Assembly (NCBI RefSeq): GCF_035084215.1
Contig: NC_090366.1
Coordinates: 13,888,001 to 13,952,000 of the forward strand
Origin: Heptranchias perlo
Lineage: Eukaryota
DNA length: 64,000 nt
Reading direction: 5' to 3'
Numbering within the stretch: position 1 is the stretch's first letter; every line of letters starts with the position of its first letter. The notes beneath the pieces are model-generated. The model saw only the letters and a program-made list of their open reading frames with translations. It made no database searches and was not told the origin of the DNA. The position numbers and the translations under genes are program-made. Of the stretch, positions 25,492 to 39,100 are shown one piece after another.

Positions 25492-25825
25492 AGGGGTCAG
25501 GCACCGACCTCCAGACTGGGAGGGGTCAGACACCGACCTCCAGACTGGGAGGGGTCAGACGTCGCCCCCCAGACTGGGAGGGGTCAGACACCGACCTCCA
25601 GACTGGGAGGGGTCAGACACCGACCTCCAGACTGGGAGGGGTCAGACGGCGACCCCCAGACTGGGAGGGGTCAGACGGCGACCCCCCAGACTGGGAGGGG
25701 TCAGTCGGCGACCTCCAGACTGGGAGGGGTCAGATGGCGACCTCCAGACTGGGAGGGGTCAGATGGCGACCTCCAGACTGGGAGGGGTCAGACGGCGACC
25801 TCCAGACTGGGAGGGGTCAGACAGC
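25492..25825. repeat. 29-bp minisatellite (~11 units)
   Basis: CGACCTCCAGACTGGGAGGGGTCAGACAC and variants. Confidence 0.9.
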
Positions 25826-26973
25826 GAACCCCGAACTCAAATCCCACCATTGTTGTTAAAAACCCAACTGGTTCACTAATCTCCTTCAGGGAAGGGGAGC
25901 TGCCGTCCTTACCTGGTCTGAGCCGAGGTGGCCTCTTGCCCATCCCCCGATTCCCATCGCTCCACCATTGGCGGCCGTGCCTTCAGCTGCCTGGGCCCTG
26001 AGCTCTGGAATTCCCTCCCTAAACCTCTCCGCCTCTCTCTCCTCCATTAAGTCGCTCCTTAAAACCTACCTCTTTGACCAAGCTTTTGGTCACCTGTCCT
26101 AATATCTCCTTATGTGGTTTGGGGTCAAATTTTTCCCTGTGAAGCACCTTGGGTCATTTTACTACGTTAAAGGCACTATAGAGGCTCACGTTGTTGTTTG
26201 TTGCTTGAAAAAAACCTGGCTTATGTCCCCTGTCGAGCTCCACTCCTCCAATAGCATTCAAAGCTCTCTATACAATGGTGAAATCCCTGAATTGTCTCCC
26301 TTCAGTGTATTAACAACCTTCTAAAGTCAAGACTGCCCATCAGTCAACAACTTGCGTAGTAAAACGTCCCAAGGCGCTTCACAGGAGCGATTATCAAACA
26401 AAATTTGACACCGAGCCACATAAGGAGATATTAGGACAGGTGACCAAAAGCTCGGTCAAAGAGGTAGGTTTTAAGGAGCGTCTTAAAGGAGGAGAGAGAG
26501 AGGCGGAGAGGTTTAGGGAGGGAATTCCAGAGCTCAGGGCCCAGGCAGCTGAAGGCACGGCCGCCAATGGTGGAGCGATGGAAATCAGGGGGATGGACAA
26601 GAGGCCAGAATTGGAGGAGCGCAGAGATCTCGGAGGAGGTTACAGAGATAGGGAGGGGAGGGCGAGGGCCATGGAGGGATTTGAACCGGAGGATGAGAGT
26701 TTTAAATTCGAGGCGATGCCGGACCGGGAGCCAATGTAGGTCAGCGAGCTCAGGGAGTGATGGGTGAACGGGACTCGGTGCGGGGGTAGGATACGGGGGC
26801 AGCAGAATTTGGGATGAGCTGCTTGTCACGGATGGTGGGAGGCCGGTCAGGAGAACATTGGAATAGTCGAGGCTAGAAGAAACAAAGACACCCACAGACA
26901 TAGCCTCTAAAACAACGGTTCCCAAAATTCAGAGATCGGAAGTCAAACCCTTGTATGACTCCTTCCCCTGGGC

Positions 26974-27192
26974 TCACTCCTGTTTAATCTCGGCGTACTG
27001 GGTGCTGTCTCTAGTCCCGACGATCCCCTCGGTCAAACGGACCTTGGAGAAGTCGATGCAGGCGTAGTGAAGTTCCAGCTCCTCCTGCTCCTCCACCTGT
27101 CCAGCCTCCCCGTTCTCCACCTGCTTGAGGCTCCCCGCCTCTCCGCCCTCCTCGTCTCCACTGCCATCGGCCAACTCTCCGTTCTCCTCCGG
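26974..27192 (-). CDS. Siglec last exon with ITIM (LHYACI) and ITSM-like motif (TQYAEI)
   Basis: ctttgcAG acceptor; acidic linker, then ELHYACIDF..DSTQYAEIKQE*, resembling CD33 ELHYASLNF..TEYSEV. Confidence 0.92.
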   Translation of the reverse strand, partial: PEENGELADGSGDEEGGEAGSLKQVENGEAGQVEEQEELELHYACIDFSKVRLTEGIVGTRDSTQYAEIKQE

Positions 27193-30100
27193 CTGCAAAG
27201 GGAACAAAGAGGGTCTCTCGCTCAACCGTTTATTTACTGTTCAGGCTCCTCCGAGTGTCGTGGGAACAGGAGGAGGCCCATTCAGCCTCCTCGGGCCTGT
27301 TACCATAGGAACAGTAGGACATTCAGCCCCTCGAGCCTGTTACTATAGGAACAGGAGGAGGCCCATTCAGCCCCCTTGAGCCTGTTACTATAGGAACAGG
27401 AGGACGCCCATTCAGCCCCCTTGAGCCTGTTACCATAGGAACAGTAGGACATTCAGCCCCTCGAGCCTGTTACCATAGGAACAGGAGGAAGCCATTCAGC
27501 CCCTCGAGCCTGTTCCGCCATTCAATTAAATCATGGCTGATCTGTACCTTAACTCCATTTACCCGCCTTAGCTCTATATCCCATGATCCCCTTACCCAAC
27601 AAAAATCTATCAATCCCAGTCTTGCCCCCAGCCTCCACAGCTTTTTGGGGGAGAGAGTTCCAGATTTCCACTCCCCTTTGTGTGAAGAAGTGCTTCCCGA
27701 CATCACCCCTGAACGGCCTATGCTACATTGAGTTACATCGAAACTACAGCACAGAAACAGGCCATTCAGCCCAACAGGTCTATCCCGGTGTTTATGCTCC
27801 ACACGAGCCTCCTCCCTCCCTACTCCATCTCACCCTATCACCATATCCTTCTATTCCTTTCTCCCTCATGTGTTTATCCAGCTTCCCCTTAAATCCATCT
27901 ACACTATTCACCTCAACTACTCCTTGTGGGAGCGAGTTCCACATTCTCACCACTCTCTGGGTAAAGAAGTTTCTCCTGAATTCACTATTGGATTTATTAG
28001 TGACAAGTGGAAACATTTTCTCTACGTCTACCCTATCATTATCTTAAAGACCTCTATCAGGTCACCCCTCAGCTTTCTCTTTTCTGCAGAAAAGAGTCCC
28101 AGCCTGTTCAGTCTTTCCTGATAGTTATAACCTCTCAGTTCTGGTATCAACCTTGTAAATCTTTTTTGCACCGTCTCCAGTGCCTCTATATCCATTTTAT
28201 AATATGGAGACCAGAACTGTGCACAGTGCTCCAAGTGTGGTCTAACCAAGGTACATGGAGACCAGAACTGTGCACAGTGCTCCAAGTGTGGTCTAACCAA
28301 GGTATATGGAGACCAGAACTGTGCACAGTGCTCCAAGTGTGGTCTAACCAAGGTACATGGAGACCAGAACTGTGCACAGTGCTCCAAGTGTGGTCTAACC
28401 AAGGTATATGGAGACCAGAACTGTGCACAGTGCTCCAAGTGTGGTCTAACCAAGGTATATGGAGACCAGAACTGTGCACAGTGCTCCAAGTGTGGTCTAA
28501 CCAAGGTATATGGAGACCAGAACTGTACACAGTGCTCCAAGTGTGGTCTAACCAAGGTATATGGAGACCAGAACTGTGCACAGTGCTCCAAGTGTGGTCT
28601 AACCAAGGTACATGGAGACCAGAACTGTGCACAGTGCTCCAAATGTGGTCTAACCAAGGTATATGGAGACCAAAACTGTGCACAGTGCTCCAAGTGTGGT
28701 CTAACCAAGGTATATGGAGACCAGAACTGTACACAGTGCTCCAAGTGTGGTCTAACCAAGGTATATGGAGACCAGAACTGTGCACAGTGCTCCAAGTGTG
28801 GTCTAACCAAGGTACATGGAGACCAGAACTGTGCACAGTGCTCCAAGTGTGGTCTAACCAAGGTATATGGAGACCAGAACTGTGCACAGTGCTCCAAGTG
28901 TGGTCTAACCAAGGTACATGGAGACCAGAACTGTGCACAGTGCTCCAAATGTGGTCTAACCAAGGTATATGGAGACCAGAACTGTGCACAGTGCCCCAAG
29001 TGTGGTCTAACCAAAGTATATGGAGACCAGAACTGTGCACAGTGCTCCAAGTGTGGTCTAACCAAGGTACATGGAGACCAGAACTGTGCACAGTGCTCCA
29101 AGTGTGGCCTAACCAAGGTATATGGAGACCAGAACTGTGCACAGTGCTCCAAGTGTGGTCTAACCAAGGTATATGGAGACCAGAACTGTGCACAGTGCTC
29201 CAAGTGCGGCCTAACCAAGGTATATGGAGACCAGAACTGTGCACAGTGCCCCAAGTGTGGTCTAACCAAAGTATATGGAGACCAGAACTGTGCCCAGTGC
29301 TCCAAGTGTGGTCTAACCAAGGTACATGGAGACCAGAACTGTGCACAGTGCTCCAAGTGTGGCCTAACCAAGGTATATGGAGACCAGAACTGTGCACAGT
29401 GCTCCAAGTGTGGTCTAACCAAGGTATATGGAGACCAGAACTGTACACAGTGCTCCAAGTGTGGTCTAACCAAGGTATATGGAGACCAGAACTGTGCACA
29501 GTGCTCCAAGTGCGGCCTAACCAAGGTATATGGAGACCAGAACTGTGCACTGTGCTCCAAGTGTGGTCTAACCAATGTTCTATATAATTTTAACATAACT
29601 TCTCAGCTTTTTAATTCTGTCCCTCTAGAAATGACCCCCCAGTCCTTGGTTTGCTTTTTTTTATGGCCTTATTAACCTGCGTCATAGAGAAGAGAGCCCC
29701 AGCCTGTTCGACCTTTCTTGATAAGGATATCCTCTCAGTTTTGGTAGCATCTAATTTGAAGGTTATGCCCACGCGCCCCTCCCCTTGTTCTGGACTACCC
29801 CACCCACCCCAAAGTAGAGGCAATAGTTTCTCTCTCTCTCTCGACTCTACACGAGCGAGAATTGGCACCTTCCAGAGGAGAAAGAGGGAAATGTTGTAAC
29901 CGACAAATAAATGAAGGGGTCCGTACCATGCTGGCCGTCAGTACTGGAGAGGGCTCAGCTGTCAGGACTTGCATCTCTGTGGAATTGTTTGCTGCCGATT
30001 TCACCTTTCTGAAATGAAGAAGACAAGAAAGGAAAGTTTATACTCTGGTTATTTCAGAGCCGTGCAGCTTTCGTTCCCTGGCCGGCCAGTGTAAACACTT

Positions 30101-33100
30101 CCAGGAATCACGTCCTCTCTCAGTCACCATCTCCATCTTCCATTTCCCCGTTCCTTTTGACCGTGCTGCATGAATTCCGGAAAGGCAAACTCGCACGGCC
30201 AGCGTGAGAGAGAGAGAGAGAGAGAGAGAAGAGAGTGGGAGAGAAGGTAATAGAGAGACAGAACGAACGAGAGAGGGTTCAGGCTCTGCCGAAGGGGAGG
30301 AGGGAAGAGAGGGAGAGAGGGAAGGAAGGTGAGAAGGTAACAGAGAGAGATCGAGCGAGTGGGCGAAAAGGGAGAAAATAAGAGAGGATGAATGAGAGAG
30401 TGAAAAAGGGGGAGAGAGCGAGAGAGATAATGCATGAGAGTGAGAAAGGAGAGGAAGCAAGAGAGGGAATGAACGAGTGAGTGAGAAAGGAGAGGAAGCG
30501 AGAGAGAGAACGATTGAGAGAATGAGAAAGGAGAGAAAGCAAGAGAGAGAACGAATGAATGAATGAGAAAGGAGGGTGAGCAAGAGAGAGAACGAATGAA
30601 TGAGTGAGAAAGGAGAGGAAGCAAGAGAGAGAATTAACGCAAGAGACTGAGAAAGGAGAGAAAGCAAGTGAGAGAACGAATGAAAGAGAGAGAATCATAG
30701 AATCATAGAAAGTTATGGCCCATCATGTCTGTGCCGGCTGGAAAAGAGCTTAATCGCTATAATAATTAAAGAGAGAAAGGAGAGAAAGGAAGAGAGAGAA
30801 TGAATGAAAGTGAACGAAATAGAGGGAAAAGAGAGAGAAAGAATGAGAAGGAAAATGACTGAAAAAAAGGATAAAAAGGGAGAAGGAGAAGTGGACAGGA
30901 TGGGTGGACAGAGGAGGAAACAACAGCTAGTTTGCAGAACAAGATCAAACCGACTCTGAGTTAATATTTGGGGAAAGTTGGCCAGAGTATTGGGAGAACA
31001 CTCTGCCCTTTAAATGGTGCCATGGGAACAGACGGTTGAGATATCTTTCAGCCCGTCTGCCCCTCTCAGGTGGGACGTAAAAGATCCCACGGCCACTAAT
31101 TGGAAGAAGAGCAGAGGGAGTTCTCCCCGGTGTCCTGGGGCCGATATTTATCTCTCAACATTGCTGCCTGTGGGATCTTGCTGTGCGCAAATTGGCTGCC
31201 GCGTTTCCTGCATTACAACAGTGACCACACTTCGAAAAAAAAAGTACTTCACTGGCCGTAAAGCGCTTTGGGACGTCCTGAGGTTGTGAAAGGCGCGGTA
31301 GAAATGCGAGTTCTTTTCGTTCTTATCAGAATGTTCACTTACCTCTTGCAACACACGATAATCTGACAGAATATTAAGGATAAGATGAGCATTCCAGCAG
31401 CACCAACCACCACTGGGATCAGCATCTCCGATAGATAGGGGCCTCTCCCTGGGAAGACAAATCAGGAGTTATTGCATCAGGTGAGAGGCAGCGCAGGATG
31501 AATGTGGAAGATCCTCCAAATCATCGCAAATGCCATGGCCGCGGTGTCGGCCGTGACTCAGTGGTTAGCACATTCTCTCTCTCGCCTCTGAGTCGGAAGG
31601 TCGTGGGTTCGAGCCCCCACTCCAGAGACTCGAGCCCCATAATTGCAGGTCGACACTCCCCCAGTGCCCAGTACTGAGGGAGCGCCGCACTGTCGGAGGG
31701 TCAGTACTGAGGGAGCGCCGCACTGTCGGAGGGTCAGTACTGAGGGAGCGCCGCACTGTCGGAGGGTCAGTACTGAGAGAGCGCCGCACTGTCGGAGGTT
31801 CAGTACCAAGGGAGCGCTGCACTGTCAGAGCGTCAGTACCGAGGGAGCGCTGCACTGTCGGAGGGTCAGTACTGAGGGAGCGCTGCACTGTCGGAGGGTC
31901 AGTACTGAGGGAGCGCTGCACTGTCGGAGGGTCATTACCGAGGGAGCGCTGCACTGTCGGAGGGTCAGTACCGAGGGAGCGCCGCACTGTCAGAGGGTCA
32001 GTACTGAGGGAGCGCCGCACTGTCGGAGGGTCAGTACTGAGGGAGCGCCGCACTGTCGGAGGGTCAGTACTGAGGGAGCGCCGCACTGTCGGAGGGTCAG
32101 TACCGAGGGAGCGCTGCACTGTCGGAGGGTCAGTACTGAGGGAGCGCTGCACTGTCGGAGGGTCAGTACTGAGGGAGCGCTGCACTGTCGGAGGGTCATT
32201 ACCGAGGGAGCGCTGCACTGTCGGAGGGTCAGTACCGAGGGAGCGCTGCACTGTCGGAGGGTCAGTACTGAGGGAGCGCCGCACTGTCGGAGGGTCAGTA
32301 CAGAGGGAGCGCCGCACTGTCGGAGGGTCAGTACTGAGGGAGCGCCGCACTGTCGGAGGGTCAGTACTGAGAGAGCGCCGCACTGTCGGAGGTTCAGTAC
32401 CAAGGGAGCGCTGCACTGTCAGAGCGTCAGTACCGAGGGAGCGCTGCACTGTCGGAGGGTCAGTACTGAGGGAGCGCTGCACTGTCGGAGGGTCAGTACT
32501 GAGGGAGCGCTGCACTGTCGGAGGGTCATTACCGAGGGAGCGCTGCACTGTCGGAGGGTCAGTACCGAGGGAGCGCTGCACTGTCAGAGCGTCAGTACCG
32601 AGGGAGCACTGCACTGTCGGAGGGTCAGTACTGAGGGAGCGCCGCACTGTCGGAGGGTCAGTACTGAGGGAGTGCCGCACTGTCGGAGGGTCAGTACTGA
32701 GGGAGCGCCGCACTGTCGGAGGGTCAGTACTGAGGGAGTGCCGCACTGTCGGAGGGTCAGTACTGAGGGAGCGCTGCACTGTCGGAGGGTCATTACCGAG
32801 GGAGCGCTGCACTGTCGGAGGGTCAGTACCGAGGGAGCGCTGCACTGTCAGAGCGTCAGTACCGAGGAAGCACTGCACTGTCGGAGGGTCAGTACTGAGG
32901 GAGCGCCGCACTGTCGGAGGGTCAGTACTGAGGGAGTGCCGCACTGTCGGAGGGTCAGTACTGAGGGAGCGCTGCACTGTTGCAGGTGCCATCTTTCGGA
33001 CAAGACGTTAAACCGAGGTCCCCCTCTGCCCTCTCAGGTGGGACGAAGAGCAGGGGGGAGTTCTCCCCGGTGTCCTGGGGCCGATATTTATCCCTCAACC

Positions 33101-36100
33101 AACATCACTAAAAAAACAGATGATCTGGTCATTTATCACATTGCTGTTTGTGGGATCTTGCTGTGCGTAAATTGGCTGTCGTGTTTCCTACATTACAACA
33201 GTGAGCACACTTCAAAAAAATACTTAATTGGCTGTAAAGCGCTTTGGGACGTCCTGAGGTGGTGAAAGACGCTGTAGAAATGGGAGTCTCTCTTTTTGTA
33301 CCAGATATTTAGAAACAAGGGTGATTCCAGAAGGTTCTCTCACCTTTGACCCACAGATACACCTTGAACCTCGCCTCTCCGTGTTCGTTTCTAACCGAGC
33401 AGATGGCCTTCACCTCCTTCTCATCCTCTCGTCCCCTCAGGGTCAGTGTGCCCGTCACCAGATGCCCGTTGCTGACCCGCGACGTCGCCAGATGGCCGTG
33501 CGTCTGGTTGCCGGTGAAGTTGCCGCGGGGGAGGTGCCACGTGAGGTTACCCGGAGGGTTGGATCTGGCCGCGCAGACGCAGGTAATGCCCTGGTCCCTC
33601 CAAGCGCACTCCGACACATCGGAAATCTCCGGCTTATCTAAGGGCGTAAAACAGAATGTTGGGACAGAATTGCAAAAAAAAAACTGCTGTAGAGGTTGGA
33701 AGACCGAAACGAAAAAACCAGAGAGCGCGGGAGAGGTGACCGGGTGCAAGGGTCAAGAGTTCAAAGGTTCAACCCTCTCCTCAGAACTCACCACATTGAT
33801 CAAACACTCCCAGGGCAGGTACAGGGTTAGATACAGAGTAAAGCTCCCTCTACACTGTCCCATCAAACACTCCCAGGGCAGGTACACGGGGTTAGATACA
33901 GAGTAAAGCTCCCTCCACACTGTCCCATCAAACACTCCCAGGGCAGGTACACGGTTAGATACAGAGTAAAGCTCCCTCTACACTGTCCCATCAAACACTC
34001 CCAGGGCAGGTACAGGGTCAGATACAGAGTAAAGCTCCCTCTACACTGTCCCATCAAACACTCCCAGGGCAGGTACAGGGTCAGATACAGAGTAAAGCTC
34101 CCTCTACACTGTCCCGTCAAACACTCCCAGGGCAGGTACAGCACGGGTTAGATACAGAGTAAAGCTCCCTAACTAAAACTATGGGACAGTGTAGAGGGAG
34201 CTTTACTCTGTATCTAACCCTGTACCTGCCCTGGGAGTGTTTGATGGGACAGTGTAGAGGGAGCGTCACTCTGTATCTAACCCTGTACCTGCCCTGGGAG
34301 TGTTTGATGGGACAGTGTAGAGGGAGCTTTACTCTGTATCTAACCCTGTACCTGCCCTGGGAGTGTTTGATGGGACAGTGTAGAGGGAGCGTCACTCTGT
34401 ATCTAACCCTGTACCTGCCCTGGGAGTGTTTGACGGGACAGTGTAGAGGGAGCTTTACTCTGTATCTAACCCTGTACCTGCCCTGGGAGTGTTTGATGGG
34501 ACAGTGTAGAGGGAGCGTCACTCTGTATCTAACACCTCCGACAGTGCAGCCCTCCCTCCGTACTGGCACTGGGAGCATCAGGCTAGATTATGTGCTCAGG
34601 TCTCTGGACTTGAATCCATGACCATCTGCCTCAGAAGTGAGAGAGAGAGAGAGAGCACTGCCCACTGAGCCAAGGCTGACTCTCTGAAACAATAGTGGAA
34701 GAGAAGGCAAAGAGCATGAGGACACTGGGGGATTCGATGAAGCCAATCTTGGGTTTAGAAAGTCCACAGATTGTAGGAGGACGGGAAGTCTGAGGGAGGG
34801 GAAGAATTCCACTGGTTTTGAGGGGCTGGTAAAGAATATGTTGGAGTGGGAGACAGCGTGGTATGTCTCGGTCATGCAGGCAGGAGGAAGGGGATGTGGG
34901 ACGAGCGATTTGGAGCTTGGGAGGGACGTTGATAAGAGCTGAGTAATTATGAGGTAAAAAAATGACAGTCGTGGAGTAACAGGAAAGGTTCTAGGTTGGA
35001 GGGGAGCGAGGGATGATCTGTGAGACCAGAAACTTTTCCTTGTATCCTTCAACAAGAAGAGTTCAGAGAACCTTCCCCAGGAGCAGGATTCAAATCCTGG
35101 GCCAGAGTTGGGAGTCAGGTGTGGTCGAGGGGAAAAGAGTGTTTGACACAAGAGGCGAGACCGAGCTTCTTGGAGTCAACGTCCAGCACGGAGAAGATGT
35201 GGGAGGTTCACGGGAGACGGTGAGGACCTGCCCTCAACTGTATCTCAGTGAATTCCAATCTGTTCAGCCACGAAACGTAAAACACTTACACTCCACACTG
35301 ACGAAGAACGGGATGGAGTTGCTGGAGCCCATTGTGTTTCCCGCCGTGCAGTAGAACCAAGCATCGAGCTCCCGCGTTACAAGACCCAGATTGACGGACG
35401 CTGTCCTTGCGTTTAACTCAGTCCTATTGCTCCCGTCGATCCTGAACCAGCTGTAGTTAGTGGCCGGCGGGTTACTCTTGCTGAAACAGGATAATGTTAC
35501 GTTGTCCCCCTCTTTTATTCCATGCTCGGCCCCGACGACCCTCACCGCTGTTTCCTTGGGAGGATCTGAAAGAGAGGAGGCGGAGGAGCCAGCCAAAAAC
35601 ATTAAGACGTTAATAAACTTACAGGATGGGCAAGCAAATTTCAATATAGACAAGTGTGAGGTGGTGCATTTTGGTAGGAAGAAAAAGGAGGCCACATACT
35701 GCTTGGATAATAAGAGTCTAACTGGGGTAGGAGAACAGAGGGATCTGGGGGTACAGATACACAAATCACTGAAAGTAGCGACGCAGGTTAATAAGGCCAA
35801 AAAATAGCAAAACAAGCACTGGGGTTCATTTCCAGAGGATAGAATTGAAAAGCAGAGAAGTTATGTTAAACTTGTATAGAACCTTGATTAGGTCTCACTA
35901 GGAGTACTGTGCACAGTTCTGGTCTCCATATACCTTGGTTGGACCACACTTGGAGCACTGTGCACAGTTCTGGTCTCCGTATACCTTGGTTAGACCACAC
36001 TTGGAGCACTGTGCACAGTTCTGGTCTCCATATACCTTGGTTAGACCACACTTGGAGCACAGTGCACAGTTCTGGTCTCCATATACCTTGGTTAGACCAC

Positions 36101-39100
36101 ACTTGGAGCACAGTGCACAGTTCTGGTCTCCATATACCTTGGTTAGACCACACTTGGAGCACTGTGCACAGTTCTGGTCTCCATATACCTTGGTTAGACC
36201 ACACTTGGAGCACTGTGCACAGTTCTGGTCTCCATATACCTTGGTTAGACCACACTTGGAGCACTGTGCACAATTCTGGTCTCCATATTATAAAAAAGGA
36301 TATGGAGGCATTGGAGAAGGTGCAAAAAAGATTTACAAGGATGATCCCAGAACTAAGAGGTTATAACTATCAGGAAAGACTGAACAGGCTGGGGCTCTTT
36401 TCTCTAGAAAAGAGAAGGCTGAGGGGTGACCTGATAGAGGTCTTTAAAGTTAAGAAGGGTTTCGATAGGCTAGAAATAGAGAGGCTTTTTTCCTCTTGAG
36501 AGGGAGTCCAAAACTAGGGGGCCATAAATATAAGATAGTCACTAACAAATCCAATCGGGAATTCAGGAGAAATTTCTTTACCCAGAGAGTGGTGAGAATG
36601 TGGAACTCGCTCCCACAAGGAGTAGTTGAGGTGAATAGTGTAGATGGATTTAAGGGGAAGCTGGATAAACACATGAGGGAGAAAGGAATAGAAGGATATG
36701 GTGATAGGGTGAGATGAAGTAGGGAGGGAGGAGGCTCGCGTGGAGCATAAACACCGGGATAGACCAGAGGGGCTGAACGGCCTCCTCCTCTTCCTATGTA
36801 AAAGGCTCGAGGGGCTGAACGGCCAACTTCTGTTCCTATGTAACAGGCTCGAGGGGCTGAATGGTCAACTCCTGTTCCTAGTAACAAGCTCGAGGGGCTG
36901 AACGGCCTCCTCCTGCTCCTATGTAACAGATTCAAGGGGCTGAATGGCCTTCTCCTTGCACTGGACGGTGCGTATCGCAACTCAGCCTTGCATCGTGAAC
37001 CTTGGCAAGGGAAGGGGTTCATAATACTCACATTTTAATGTGATGGTGACTGATTTTGGAGCGGTACCATGCTCGTTCTCTGCCACACACTGATGCTTTC
37101 CGTCCTCCTTGTACGTGACGTTATCAAACAGCAGCCATAACTCATTGCTGCCGATGCTCTGATTCCGTACGATCCCGTTCACTCTCCACGTTAAGTTAGA
37201 CGCTGGGACACTATCCACAGAGCAGCGAAGACATACAGACATCCCTTCTTCTGTTTCAATGGAAGAGTTGATCACTCGGCTGTCCAGCGAGCTGATGGAC
37301 AGGTTCCTCGGGGAATCTGAAATGGACAAAATCATTCGCAACGAGCAATGGCTTTCTGTTCTTTGGACGCGCTCATCGATTGGTACAGGAATCACCCTGC
37401 TCGCTCAGTGACTGGGAATCATACAGCACAGAAAAAGGCCATTCGGCCCATCGTGCCTGTGCCGGCTCTTTGAAAGAGCTATCCAATCAGTCCCACTCCC
37501 CCTCTGCTCTTTCCCCAGAGCCCTGGAAATTCTTCCCTTCAAGTATTTATCCAATTCCCCTTTTGAAAGTTATTATTGAATCTGCTTCCACCGCCCTTTC
37601 AGGCAGCGCATTCCAGATCAGAACAACTCGCTGCGTAAAAAACATTCTCCTCATCTCCCCCTCTGGTTCTTTTGCCAATTATTTTAAATCTGTGTCCTCT
37701 GGTTACCGACCCTCCTGCCACTGGAAACAGTTTCTCCTTATTTACTCTGTCAAAACCCCTTCATGATTTTGAACCCCTCGATTAAATCTCCCCTTAACCT
37801 TCTCTGCTCCAAGGAGAACAATCCCAGCTTCTCCAGTCTCTCCACGTAACTGAAGTCCCTCATCCCTGGTCCCATTCTGGTAAATCTCCTCCGCACCCTC
37901 TCCGAAGCCTGGACATCCTTCCTAAAGTGCGGTGCCCAGAGTTGGACACAATACTCCAGCTGAGGTCGAACCAATGGTTTGCAAAGGGTCTAAGATAACT
38001 TCCTTGCTTTTGTGCCTCGACTTAATAAAGACCAGGATCCTTATCGGCTTGTCCTGCCACCTTCAAAGGTTTGTATACGTACACCCCCAGGTCCCTCTGC
38101 TCCTGCGCTCTCTCTATAATTGTTACCATTCACTTACATTCCACACTGATGTAAAGAGAACAGTTTGTGGCTCCATACGAATTCAGGGCTGAACAGGTGT
38201 ACAACCCGGAGTCTGAGTCCGTCACCCTGTGGATCGAGAGGGTTAATTGGTTGGAGGTAGCGTTACTGATGACCGTATCGCCTTTAGACCAGGTGATGCT
38301 GGACGGTGGCCAACTGTCCACGAGACAGTCCCGTTGAAACGTGAAGCCTTCCAGTGCGACCGCGGACCCATTTATCGCCTTAATCCTCGGTCCATCTGCC
38401 GATGTGGGGGGTGGGGGTGAGGAGTTGGGGGTGTAGGGAGAGGAGGAAGGGGGGAAAGAGGGCGGAGAAATAAAAGATGTTCAGTATCCTTGTGCGTCGT
38501 GCTACAAAACAGGAAGAGAAAGAAAGAACTTGCAATAATACAGTGCCTTTCAAGACCGCAGGACCTCGCGCTCTACAGCCGATGAAGTACCTTTTGAAGT
38601 GTGGTCACTGTTGTAATGTAGGAAACGCGGCAGCCAATTTGCGCACAGCAAGATCCCACAAACAGCAATGTGATAAATGACCAGATCATCTGTTTTTTTA
38701 GTGATGTTGGTTGAGGGATAAATATCGGCCCCAGGACACCGGGGAGAACTCCCCCCTGCTCTTCTTCGAAATAGTGGCCGTGGGATCTTTTACGTCCCAC
38801 CTGAGAGGGGCAGATGGGGGCCCTCAGTTTAATGTCTCATCTAAACACAGCACCTCCGACATTGCAGCACTGCCTCAGTACTGACCCTCCGACAGGGCAG
38901 CGCTCCCTCAGTACTGACCCTCCGACAGTGCAGTGCTCCCTCAGTACTGACCCTCTGACAGTGCAGCACTCCCTCAGTACTGACCCTCCGACAGTGCAGC
39001 ACTCCCTCAGTACTGACCCTCCGACAGTGCAGTGCTCCCACAGTACCTGCCCTGGGAGTGTTTGATGGGACAGTGTAGAGGGAGCTTTACTCTGTATCTA

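Noticed and set aside
28007-29596. 520-aa repeat proteins / CRISPR-like regular arrays
   Set aside because: Head-to-tail 51-bp CR1-derived units with no unique spacers and no cas genes, in eukaryotic intronic DNA.
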